This document shows positions 38,106-50,006 of a stretch of 64,000 nucleotides of DNA, one piece after another (position 1 is the stretch's first letter; every line of letters starts with the position of its first letter). Source of the stretch: Penicillus capitatus (lineage: Eukaryota > Plantae > Chlorophyta); NCBI GenBank assembly GCA_965649825.1, contig OZ287711.1, positions 45,201 to 109,200 of the forward strand, given 5' to 3'. A program made the position numbers and the translations under genes. The notes beneath the pieces are model-generated. The model saw only the letters and a list, made by a program, of their open reading frames with translations, was not told the DNA's origin and did not search any database.

Positions 38106-39602
38106 TTAGCAATAACAGATGTCTTCGTTGAGCATGTCTTTCCAATGCGTCGTCTTGCCGGACTCGCGGACAGCAGCTTCAAATGGATGACAGTCTCCAT
38201 AATGATTTCTGCACGAGACACAGGGTTCGTGAGATGCGAGAGAGAGAGGGTGATGTACCTTGGACATGGGCACGTCCTCTGTCGAGCGTTTCTGTAGGAA
38301 CAACAACGTCTTGCGGAACCGTGGCATCGCGTTATGTGTTGCGTCGAGGCGGCGGCGTTTCCGCGAACGTCGGCAGCTCCGATGCCGCCAATGGCAGAGA
38401 ATCCCTCGGACTTCGCTGAGGCGAATTCGTTCTGGACAGAGGAGTCCGCTTCGATGAACACCGAAGAGGTCACCGAGTGACCGTAAGCGTAGGCGACGGC
38501 GTCGACGAGAACAGAGGCCACCGGATGCGCCACTGCCATCGCGACACTCGTCTGCGTTGCTTCGACGTAACCCGATCCCTGCAGGTCTCCTTCGGCAAGG
38601 GCACTGGCCGTAGCCTTGGCAATGGCCACTGCAATAGCGTCGCCGTTGAACGTCGCGACAGCGACACCGTATTTGTTGCAGGCACGAGCAATACCTTTAA
38701 CCATCACCTAAAAAAGGGCGGCGCTGACGGAGTGCCGCAATTCTGTGCTCGAAGCCAACCTTAGCGAAGGCTTGCGCAACGGCCGTGGCCTCGGCAGTGG
38801 AGATTCCGTAAGCTTCGCCATGGCCATCGACCTCAAGAACGACAGCAGTTTCGACGAAAACTTCGGCAATGGCTTCGCCCATTGCAATAGCTTCTTCGTG
38901 GATTACGGCATACGCATCGCCGCCTTTATCGGCCCAAGAAAACACACGGTATATCCCCTCCATGACGGCATTCGTCTGACTGGCTACGGCCTGCAATGTA
39001 ACATAGACGTCGTGTAAATACGGCTCGGCGCGAAACGCACCTCGGCAACAGAAGTCGATTCGGCGTAGGTATAGCCACCTCGTGAACTGGCAAGAACATG
39101 AGCCAATGCCTCGGTGTCGTTCTCCAGGAGGTAATCTTCGATGATATCCGGATCGACGGATACAGCGTCGGCAATCGCTTCGACAACGGCATCCAAAGGC
39201 GCTCCGTTGTGCAGAGCTTCCGATACAGCCTCGGCAACAGACAGCGCCGATGCAAACCCTAATCCGCATAGATATGCGTGCATAGATGTGGAGCGAGGGA
39301 GAGTTGGTACCTCCTTTCGACATGGCATTGGCAACGGCGTCGGCGATGGCGTTTGCGTCTCCTTTCGCGACGGCTTCTGCCACAGCCTCGGCAACGGCCG
39401 TACCGCCTGTGGATGAACTGGAAGCTGTTGCCTCGGATGAAGCGGTCGCGTATGCCCTCAGCGTTCGGCTCACACGTATACCATCCAACCCTCGTTCTAA
39501 CACCAGATCATCGTCACGAAACAGATCTCAAACACTTGCAATTATACCTGAAGCGCCACGAGCGCTGGAGAGCGTGAGCGTGATAAGCAGGAATGCCAAC
39601 AT
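38106..39602 (-). CDS. Secreted Ala-rich low-complexity protein with Cys-rich C-terminus
   Basis: Signal MLAFLLITLTLSSARGA; body rich in AVAEAVAEAVAKG, AEATAVAQAFAK, AIAVAIAKATASALA; tail RCHGSARRCCSYRNARQRTCPCPR|NHYGDCHPF...ICYC*; about five short introns. Confidence 0.8.
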
Positions 39603-39985
39603 CGTGCGTTCGTGCGTGAAGTACTCCAAAATGAAACGGCGGCGCGGTTAGCGATCGGAAGAATGTTAAGAACTCTTGCGCCGGGCGCTGTTAACCCTTT
39701 ACGCGACTCGTGCGTGCCACGGTATGAAAAAACGGACTTGGAAAAGGGCGGTTTCGAACGGTCTTTTGAACGAGAGTACGTCTTGGACGAGGTAAAGTAT
39801 CGACGCGACGCCGTCCACCGATGACCGAAACCCCGAAGCGACGTCTCATCGCCACTCGTCGCCGTCACATCCATTTCGTGCTGCAGCAGCCAGCTGTCGA
39901 GCGCACGCGCGTTGACAGCTATTTAAGAATCTCAGCCAGAATAACACACAGGTTCTGTCGCTTTGCTGTCAAGCTCCACTCAGAT

Positions 39986-41349
39986 TTAGAAAGAGACGAG
40001 CATCTTGCCGACGTTTTTTCCAGCTAACATGTATTCCTCGGCGTCGACGACGGTTTCGATTCCACGAAAGCGCTCAAGAGCTGTGGCGTCCAACACAACC
40101 TTCAGCTTTCCTTCTTCGTACAGCTGAAAAGAACGCTGGCGACAGCGGGCAATCACATCTCGATCCTGCAGACAGATGCACGTCACATCATTCGACAATG
40201 GACGGTGATGCGACCCACCGATGGCCACGTTTGTCCGATGATACGTTTGCCTCTAACCGTCACGTTCTTTCTTTTATGCAGCACCTCCCACAGCGGCGGA
40301 GCGCCATCCACTAGGCCCTTCGTTTTTCCGCTTTCGTATCCTGCCGTATGGGGATACTGCGAAAAAAACCTGAAGAAATCTCTCGAGAGATGGGAAGACC
40401 GCCGCCAGCCACAGCATTCCTCACCCGATGGTCAATATCCTGCCGTTCGGCGCCAAATGCTCAAAGGCCGTTTTCCACAAAGACCCACCCACGCCTTCAA
40501 CAACGTAGTCCAGTCCATTCGGATACTCAGATTCCAAGACCTCCACAAGAGACTAGGAAACAGCTCCACACAAATCCGTCATCCCATTTATGGTACCGAA
40601 CCTCCTCTGTGTAATCGACCACCCGATCGAGTCCCAGTTCAACCAACTTCTCCTTCTTTGCTGCCGAGCCACAAGTCCCGATCACATGGCAGCCATGAAG
40701 TTTGCCAATCTGTGCCGCAATGTGTCCAACGCCACCGCACGCGGCGGTGACCAACAAGGTATCTCCCGCTCGAACCGGCTCCGTGTGTTCCATGAACCCA
40801 AACGCATACGACCCAGCCACTCTCAATGCCGTATACGCGGGATCTGGACTGGGAATCTCGACGCAGGCGGACTCCTTCGGTAAGGTGTACTCGCTGAAGG
40901 AGCGACAGCCGCCACAGGATACATAGTCACCTTCTTGGAGGGAGTCCACATTGGCTCCGACAGCAACGACCTCTCCCAGACCATCCGCACCCAAGTTCTG
41001 TATTCCCTTCCAGTCAGCAAAGGATCCTGTTCATGCGCAGCCATCTGTTTTTTACTCCTGTGGGAGATTCGAAAGCGGAAGCGACCTTCTCGGCATGCTT
41101 GAAAGGAATCGTGGCCGGCATTGACGGTGGCGTAGATCATGCGTAAGAGCACCTGTGAGAACGGCTGTTTGGCAGGGGGATAGATAGGTCTGGTGCGGAT
41201 CGGACTTCGTCTGCATCGGGCAGCTGCAGTTTGACGGTTCTGAGTTGTGCTGCTTTTCTGAATGACGGCGCCGCTCCGTCCGAAACCCAACGACGAAAAT
41301 GCGTCGGCAATCGGCTGCCGATCGTCGCCGAAGAGCGTGTTGATGCCAT
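39986..41349 (-). CDS. NADP-dependent MDR-family oxidoreductase (PTGR3/ZADH2-like alkenal or quinone reductase)
   Basis: ELGADGLGEVVAVG, TLLVTAACGGVGHIAAQIGKLHGCHVIGTCGS, LGLDRVVDYTEE, LDYVVEGVGG, YMLAGKNVGKMLV*. Confidence 0.88.
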
Positions 41350-41644
41350 GACGTGGCGGATCAAACGTGTCATCCGTTTTCAAACGACACAACACAGACT
41401 CCCTCGACACGCACACTCTGGCAGATCACAAGACACCCGAACGCAGCCGCGACATAGGTACCACCAGCAAAGAACCCCCGGAGGGTCGTCTTTGTCTCCA
41501 AGCAAGGAGCGATGGATGGAGAATCGTGGACATCGATCGTCAGACGCGACGTTGTCTCCTTCGCTAAGGTTTTCACCCGACCGTTATCGACGATCAGATG
41601 TATTTCCATTCCGCTAAGGCTCGGGCAGAAGTGCCGCTGTCGTT

Positions 41645-43283
41645 ATGGAAGGATCTACCGCGCGTCCTTCGATGGACGCATCCATGGCAGTCCTCTTCGC
41701 GTCTGAAGCATTTTTGCGGCGTGTGTTCGTGCATCTGATCGAAGACGGACTCCACGAATGCCGTTTGGTCTGTCGATTATGGAACGACACCGTCAAGAAG
41801 ATGCCGGTCCGACTGAAACTGTCCAATGGAAAACACACGCCGTTCTTGGTGAAAACTTTCCCCAACGCCGTCGCATTCAAGACTCCCGACATTGTGTTCT
41901 TCAACTACAGGAATTACATTCCTGTCGACGCCGTGTTCTTCCGTCATTGCGCTCTCTTAAAACAGCTCAGGCATCTCGAAATCTTAGTCCGAGGGTCTTT
42001 TTATCTCGGCGACGGTTTTGAGAGTTGTTTTCAGAACATGCTTCAACTGCAGTCACTAATAATACGTTTGGAACTGCAAGAAGGGGAGGCCTATCGGTTT
42101 TATGAAGGCATTCGGCAGTTGACCCAGCTGACCCGACTCGCCGTGAATCATTGGAGTAACCCATCCTTTCAGGCACCGCCCCTCAGGGAGCTCAAAAAAA
42201 TCCAGTCGCTCGATTGCTCTTCTTATCGGCCGACGACGCACAGTGGCGCACTCATCTGTCCATCACTGACAGCACTGACACATCTGTCTCTATCGCTGTT
42301 CAAAGATCTCATTGAGCAGTCTGGCGATAACAGCTTCCTCAAAGTGCGTCCTTTTAACACAGTCGACATCCAGTGGCGATCTGTTGCAGGTCTTCATGCC
42401 GTATGCCAGCACGCTTGTATCTCTGAGCGTTCGCGGACTTGGGATAAAAGCGTCGCCCATGCGGGACATGTCTCTACTGAAGAACTTTGTTCATCTGACG
42501 GCCTTGGAAATCGCGTACCCTCCGGCGGAAGATACAAATCTCTATGCGGTTCTAATGGATTTGACGCAGCTTAGAGAACTGAAGCTCATCGAACTGCGAC
42601 ACACTGTTGCTGCCTCTCTGCGAGCAGTGCTTGCGTTGACACAGCTGGATTCCCTCAATATGTTACCGTACGCTGGGACACCCGATGTCCTCGAAACCTC
42701 CCCCCTTGCGTCCGAGCTCAGCAACATGAAGCAGCTGACACGACTCTGCACCACGGAGGTGCTGATGCACTCCTCCCTTAGCGCACTGACACGTTTGGAG
42801 CATCTGGAAATTCACGTTGCGTGGGGCGTCAAAGTCCCTCGAAGCTTCCGGGTGCATACAAACCTCAGAATTCTGTCGCTCTGCTGTGCCAGTGGACTCC
42901 ATTTACCCCCAGGCATCTTCGCCCACTTTTCAAAGCTCCAACGTCTCGGCATGCGCGAAGTTGTCATGGATGACGAGCTGCTGCCATCGATCGCTGCCTT
43001 GCCTCAGTTAACGGCTCTGAGTATCCGCACGTCCGAAGAGGGGAAGTCACTTCAGTATACTCAAGTCAATCTCCTGTCCCGTCTCCGCCGCCTCACCTTC
43101 CTCGTACCGTCCGAAACACGCCCTCCCACTGAGTATATCCATGACGGCACGTTGCCCCGTTTGCAATACCTTGAGACGTATTCTGACGAGATAGCCGATC
43201 TCGTCTTCTCTCGACTTCGAACAAAGATGCCATGTCTGCGTCGATTTACCGCCAGTTGTCAGACGCCTTGCTGGTTGAGATGA
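41645..43283 (+). CDS. F-box / leucine-rich-repeat protein
   Basis: N-terminal FLRRVFVHLIEDGLHECRLVCRLWND F-box-like motif followed by many LxxLxxLxL repeats (LKQLRHLEIL, LTQLTRLAV, LTALTHLSL, LTRLEHLEI). One intron near 42350-42389. Confidence 0.8.
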
Positions 43284-43508
43284 ACCGTCGTTCTCCATGA
43301 TGAACAAACAAACTTATCATGTGCATTTCTCGCAAACGCATACCCATCGTTCAAATCGAGTTCACTGCTTGTTTCTATCGTTGTTATCGCCTAGAAACCT
43401 TTCCTCACCTGTGCGGCGACGTTTCGCTAAAAACGAACGAGACGGCGGGACCACACGCGTTTTGTCATTTCTTTTCGCGTCCGAGAACAAGTGTCCGTCT
43501 ACGGAGCC

Positions 43509-45426
43509 ATGGTGCCGTTGACCGCGTACACACGTCCAGGCCATTGCTCAAAAGCTATCATGCCGCATCTTCTGTGCGGACGTGTCTTCGTCGCGCCCTT
43601 CCGTACGGCGAAGATATCGCGCCCTCAACGAGACACAAGACGCAGCATGTCCATGCGCGCCAGCACTCCATCGCAAGGAGGCGTTCGCCCTGAAGCGGAA
43701 AACGCGTTTTTGCCGTCGGTAGAGGTGGACACCGAAAGCGATCGTGCTGTCGCGGGCGCAGACACGTTGTTCGATGAGTCCTTCGGTCAGACGGTCTATG
43801 TCGAAAAGGGAGAAGTCGGCAATACCGACAGCATTCCGACAGCGCCAGCGCTTCGCCTCGCCGAAGTCGTTCCCGATTCGCCAAGTTTCAATCTTGTTAG
43901 ACAGAAGCCGTCGATGGACGCCGGCCGTCAACGTCGACGCATTCTCGCCGAGGTGCTCTTCATAACCTCGCCTTCTATTTTGGTCGTTGACGTGACGATC
44001 GGCAGGTATTGACCATTACCATCCCAGCAATGGCAGCGCTGATGGCAGATCCGTTGATGTCACTCGTGGACACGGGCTGTGTGGGACAAATCTCTGCCAT
44101 CGATTTGGCCGCCTTGGGTCCCAACACCGCCATTTTCAACATGATCGCGGGGATCTTCAGTGTCATGGCGGCGAGCACGGCCAATCGTATGGCACGTAAC
44201 TCCATCAAGGTGCCTGGACTGAGCACAGAGGAGAAGACCCGACGTCGAGAAGACAATGAAACTGTTCTCAGTCATTCTTTAGTGATTGGCACAGTCATTG
44301 GCATCTCCGTCATGTGTGGTCTCATCGTCTGCGGTCCAGTCATCCTCCGTGCCATGGGTACAGCATCGATTGTCATGAAGCCTGCCCTACAGTACCTCTA
44401 CATTCGAGCCCTCTCCTTGCCAGCCTGTATTTTCATGGCAACATCACAAGGTGGATCGCGCCGCCGCCGCCGCCGCCAGCCTAGATGTCGTATATGATTT
44501 GTTTTCTAGGTGCTTGTCTCGGTCAGCAAGACATGTGGACACCCATGAAGGTGATGTTGCTCGCCGGTGTCATCAATTTGATGGGCGACATCGCCTTGAT
44601 TATCTTTGCGGGTCTGGGCACCGTCGGTGCAGCAGCGGCCACCACCGCCTCGCAAATCGCAGGTGCCTTGTTCTTCTTTTTTTATTTACGTCGCGGAGGA
44701 GATCACGGCGAAGTGGCGAAGCTCAAATGGAGAGGCCTTCCAGATGGCTCGACCGTGAAATCCATTGTCGATATGGCACGTGTCTTGGTACCCCGTTGCC
44801 TCGTCCTGATGGCAACCTATACTGGAATGACAACCGTCGCCACTGTCGCCGGAACACTGACCCTCGCGGCACACCAAGTCACACTCCAGATCTTTTGGCT
44901 CTTGGCGACCATTGCCGATGCCGGATCCCTCACAGCACAGTCCTTGATTGCCCGAGATCGAAACGACAAGCGCAAGATTCGTGAGATCTCATGGACACTC
45001 GTCAAGCTGGCAACGTATGCAGGAATGGTTCTGGCGGCCATTCAAGGATGTGCTCTGCAGTTCTTCCCTCAATTCTTCTCGTCCGATCGTGCCGTGATCG
45101 CCGCTTTCCAAACGGTTATTCCTCAGGCCATGTTGGGTATCGTCGTCTATCCAGTCTGCGTGACCTTGGAGGGTATCAGTATCGGCATGGATCAGATGGA
45201 GCATTTCGCAAAGGTCGTTGCTGGCTCCACGGCCATGACCATGTTCTCTCTCTGGGCGACCCAAACCTTCCAACTGGGTCTCTGTGGCGTTTGGACGTCA
45301 GCTGTCGTCTTCTTCGCTCTCAGAACCTTCTTGCAGTTGGGATTTCTCGCAAAGAACTGGACGCAGACGGCATTTGCTGCCTGGGATCCATCCTATGCCG
45401 TGCAACCGCAATTCGCCACCAGCTAA
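43509..45426 (+). CDS. MATE (DinF-like) transporter, probably plastid-targeted, copy 1
   Basis: IPAMAALMADPLMSLVDTGCVGQ, LAALGPNTAIFN, YLYIRALSLPA, GACLGQQDMWTP, GAAAATTASQ, LAAHQVTLQIFW; two introns. Confidence 0.93.
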
Positions 45427-47383
45427 ACTCTCTGACAACAGACATCTCTCTCTTTCTCTCGATTTTCAAAGAGAAACAGAAGACAACGGCTTCTTATAAA
45501 TCTGCCATATCTGTTGTACATTCACAGCTGTCTCCGGCTTTTTATGGGGGGCATTCTACGAAGAGATATGTAAGAATTCTTCGTGAATTGTCAAGATATG
45601 CTGCCAATAGCGATCGGTCTTGATTTCGTTGACCAGATCGTCGTTCCTCAGTTCCATCCATCCTAAAAAATACCACACCTGCTACTTTTGTTTCGATGAG
45701 CTCGTGTGTGAGTGGGAATCGATCTTTCGAGAAGAAAATAGACATGGACGGCATGCACACACGCGACAATATAACCCTTGCTGTAGAAGATGAACTTTCC
45801 TAGACACTCTTATTCTTTCGCTCTGTTACTATCGATCTGATAAGACCAGGATCGATCTCTCTTGGGGATTCTGTTGGGTCATCACATAGGCTGGATGATC
45901 AGCATCTTCATACAATTCTGAACGGAATGGCTGCGGTGACGGAAGAATCGAATTCTGTCTTTACAGAATAAGACTTTAGTAATACGTGTGTTGTTATTGT
46001 TGTTGCTGTGTCAAGGATGATGAGGTATTCCAAACGTCATCTCCGAGTCGATCTCATGGCTCGTGACATTTTGTCGACGACCGTACTTTGAGCCCATGAA
46101 TGCTTGAGCCGTGCGGATGGAAGAAAGCACATTCGCATGGCTAAAGTGCCAGAAGTTGTAACCAAATGGAAAAATTTGAAAGAGTCTCGATGCGCCGATG
46201 GATAAGACGCGGATAAGAAATCGCCCTCTATGGACTGGCTCCCTTTCCGAGAGACATTGACAGAGAAGGGACAGCCGATGCCTATCCAGCTCACTAATGC
46301 TCTGTACTGTCAAGCCGAGGAGCGAATGATTTGACTGATGGATACACTGATGGATACCTGTTGATATAAAAGACGCTAGATCTTGTCGATAACGCCTCTT
46401 TTTAACAAGTGCTGCAACCTCGGTTTTTATTCATCGTGATGGAATCACAGCACCTTGACGATGTGCAGACGCCGAATGGTCACAACAACTGGAAAACATT
46501 CATCGTTGTATCTGTTTAGGGTTTCGTCGGTTAGCAGATGCCAACCACTCCGACAGAGACGCGGTGACGGATAACGGCTTTCATCGGTGCGGATGGATAA
46601 GACGCCTCATCCTTCAAAGCATGTAGACTCTCGCACCCTCCGTCTTTCGCTTCTCAGATCCGTTAACCGAGATGGATCGCCCTACCTTCGGCTCTAAGAT
46701 GTGATCTTGGATAGGAAGCCTCGTCTAGAGCGCGCACAGGATGGACGTGGTCATGTAACTGAAGGAGGAGCGAAGAACAACAACTGAGAGGAGCGTCCTG
46801 TTCAAGCCGTGTGGCTTATGGAGCAGCTGTCGTCTCAGACACGACTTGATGCCTTCATTCAAGAGGCTAACCGACTCCCACGGACATTCCAAGGGATCTC
46901 AGGAAATCGCAAACTCCACCAAAACTGCGTTTGGCGATGGCCATGTTCTTGGCAAGGAGGTCTGGGTTGTGACCGAGAATTCATGGGTCTCTACGGTTTG
47001 CCTACAAGCCGTGTGCTGGCGCTTGGCTTTTCAACCATCACCGTGTTTGACTCAGCGCCGTTCTTTCCCTTGATGTGACTTGAGCAATCCTGACCTTTCA
47101 TTTGACAACGGGTCCCTATAAAAGACAAGAAAAGTTGCGTCTAAGTTGTCGCCTTTATTCATTCACGTTTGGAAGAGTCCGTGCAATTCTTTGCGCAAAC
47201 CGCGGCACCTCGTGTCATTTTCACCTGAAGAGTAGCGGCGTCAACTGACAAACATACCGCGACAGACACCTGTCTTTCGCACCAGATTCTGCCTTTGCCG
47301 AAGCGTCCGTCGGAGCGTTTGCATATTTCTACGCGTTTGATTCTCGCAGAAGCCTTTCATCCTCAGCAGCTCTCTGAACAGCC

Positions 47384-47954
47384 ATGTCGATTTGCAAAGG
47401 TTCGGCCATTTCGAAGCTGCGTTGCTGCTCGTTGTGACACGGAGCACTGTGCTTTCAGTTTTCTTCGTTGCGGTTGTCCTATCCGCATACAGCACGGCGG
47501 TTCACGCAAGAGGCTGCTTCTGGTGCATCTGCAGACCTCCACTCGAGGGCACATGGCGCATAGCGCAGAGTTTTCCAGACAAGAACGGAATGCTCGAGCT
47601 CCATGTCAACGCGGACCTCATGCTTCAAAATGTCGCCGCAAACATTTATAACGGTAAGTGCGCATCGCTGCTGTCAGGCAGCTAAGGATATGGGTTATGG
47701 TGACAGCGACGGGAATTGCCAACCAAGTGGCCCCAGTGCAGATACCGAACTTCCCGATCGTCTTGGTGGCGCAATTCGATGTCCAAACATGTGTATTGTC
47801 GGGCACCATCTATGCCAGGGATCTCAATGCGAGCAGTCCTTTCTCATGGACCTCCTACGGAGGAAGATATATGGAGGGTCCGTATCTAGGCGTGCTCAAT
47901 TATAATCTTTTCTTCCCGGCAACTGGCGTTCAAGAAGTCACCTTCATCGAGTAG
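47384..47954 (+). CDS. Small secreted beta-rich protein, unknown family, copy 3
   Basis: Introns 47400-47458 and 47654-47706 (phase 1) give MSICKVFFVAVVLSAYSTAVHA-RGCFWCICRPPLEGTW...AANIYN|ATGIAN...FDVQTCVLSGTIY...GRYMEGPYLGVLN...*. Confidence 0.78.
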
Positions 47955-48421
47955 ACATCTTTGCTGGGCCTCTCCTCGCTGCTATTATGCAAATAATAGA
48001 CGCATCGTCATAATGCACACACAAAGCTGGATTTGATGGACTTAAGATTCTTACACGCCGCACTCAGGGCAACAGATGCGATCCTCGCTTTCATATCCTC
48101 GCAGTGCTTTTTTCGCTTTCTTTCTAAACTATGCTCATTTGGTTTGACGCAGTCGTAGGGCCTTTCGCGATCTTCCGATCAAAGGCACTGTTATATGAAT
48201 CCTCCTGTCTGGCTGCTGCACACACATCTTGTTCTCAGCTATAGGAGATGATCATTTGACATTCGTACTAATAACATACATCTATGTCTGTCTATCTTTG
48301 GTAGTCAGAGAAACGCATTTGGCGTTCTCTTCTGCTGATGGGGGGTAAATCATTCCACTTTGGATGTCGATGGGACACTCAGAGACATGATGTTTCTGCA
48401 CCTCTTTCTGAGCACGCGCGT

Positions 48422-48990
48422 ATGGACTGCTTTAACAGAACCCTCAAATACGCCGCGTCTCATACGTCACATCACTTTTCCAGCTGCGTTCGAGCGTCCT
48501 CCGGCACTACAAAAGCAATGAGGTCGTTGATGGACAGCGTCCTCCCAATTAGCCTCGGTGACACACAGACAGGTCGTACTCGCGGGAACGCGGCTAAATG
48601 GGAACCGCTGGCTGCTGGCTCAACAAAGCGTCATATCCCGCGCGGCCTCGACACAAGCGACCCCCCGTGCGTTCTCTCGCGCTCAGCGTCGCTGAGAGGC
48701 GACGACGATTCACAAACCCAATGCTCAATAACAATGTCTGTCCACAAATACAGGCACAAGCAAACACGGTCTCTTCCATGTACGTACGATACACCGCCGC
48801 CTTCAATAGTGCAGAGCGGCAGCGTGCGATCGTCGTCTCATCGTTGTCATCTTGTTACCCCACCAGTCTGTGTTTCTTATGTTTATTGCCTTTCTCTCAG
48901 TTTTGGCAAAAACGAAAAGAATCGTTCATGGCAGCTACTATGACAATGAGCATCCCACGTGTCGCCGAGAGCTCACTCCACTGTGTATGA
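48422..48990 (+). CDS. Possible Ser/Arg-rich orphan ORF
   Basis: About 150 open codons from ATG 48422; a 35-nt candidate intron (48866-48900) would add PPFWQKRKESF...*. No recognisable motif. Confidence 0.25.
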
Positions 48991-49333
48991 TTTCGAAACC
49001 GAATGTCGGGAGACACCTCAACGGTTCGTCAGAGAAAGAGGATGCGAATAGTAAGGAGAGACAGGAAAACTCTCGTCAATCATTTTGAACGATTGAGAGA
49101 TGATGTGTTGGCAGAGGAGGGGATTGCTTAGAAGAGGACGTCCGTTACCCAGTCAGGTTACCAAACGTCAAAACCCGTCCTTGTCACGTCATCGGTGGCT
49201 GTCGTTTGTTCATACGGCTATTGACGCCGGTCGATATCAGAGCGACAATAGCCGTCAGTGTAGACAAACTCATATCTGTTCAAAAAACTTGAAGTCATTC
49301 GTACAGTACGTCAAATCACAAGACGTTCGCTTC

Positions 49334-50006
49334 TCAGGGTTTACGCCTTGGATCTTGGTCAAGAAAAGTGTCCAAGGCCTCGTCCAGGTCCGTGGCATCG
49401 GTCGACTCTAAAAACGTGAGAGAGTGTTTGGCGTAGTCGTTGTAGACCGATTCGCCTTCGACCGACGCCACAAATATACCCTCCATCGTGTTACCGTCGT
49501 AAATCCATCGAAAATCGTCAACCACACCAAGCTCGTGCGACACCAGGACACCGTAGAGAAAACAACTGTCCGTTTCGAACATACCCACAAGATTCATCCT
49601 CAATGACCAGGAACCGTCCATCGGGAAGACCACAGCCATTCCTGAAATGTCACGAGATGTGAAGAGTCGTCAACGAAGCCGCGCGCTTTTCACCGGAGTA
49701 CGTGTTTTTGAAGCTGGACGTCAGCAGAAGATACCCGTAGACCAGAACCGTTGGGTTTGATGGAGGTTCATAAAGCTCAATACCCCAGAGGCCCGTCGGA
49801 GGCATACGGCAGTTCCGCCTCTTCGGTCGTCGGTTTGCAGCAGAAGCATCTACTACGATAAGGCAGAACAGGAGTGCCCATACGAGACCTGAAGACAAGA
49901 CCGTCAATGGTTCACTGTACGGGGTTATGGGTCAGCGAGATGTGCTCGTCTGCAGGTCGAGGTTGTATGTCTTCTTACTTGTCGGAAGCGACATCTTGGT
50001 GGCCAT
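49334..50006 (-). CDS. Small secreted beta-rich protein, unknown family, copy 4
   Basis: Introns 49978-49889 and 49693-49642 (phase 1) give MATKMSLPTSLVWALLFCLIVVDASA-ANRRPKRRNCRMPPTGLW...KNTYS|GMAVV...FETDSCFLYGVLV...GNTMEGIFVASVE... with an acidic tail. Confidence 0.78.

Noticed and set aside
45640-45720. TKVAGVVF as a HIRAN domain start
   Set aside because: The rest of the domain is absent and upstream frames contain stops.
46815-46865. QTRLDAFI as a PCNA-binding PIP box
   Set aside because: Eight-residue match in an unsupported ORF; expected by chance.
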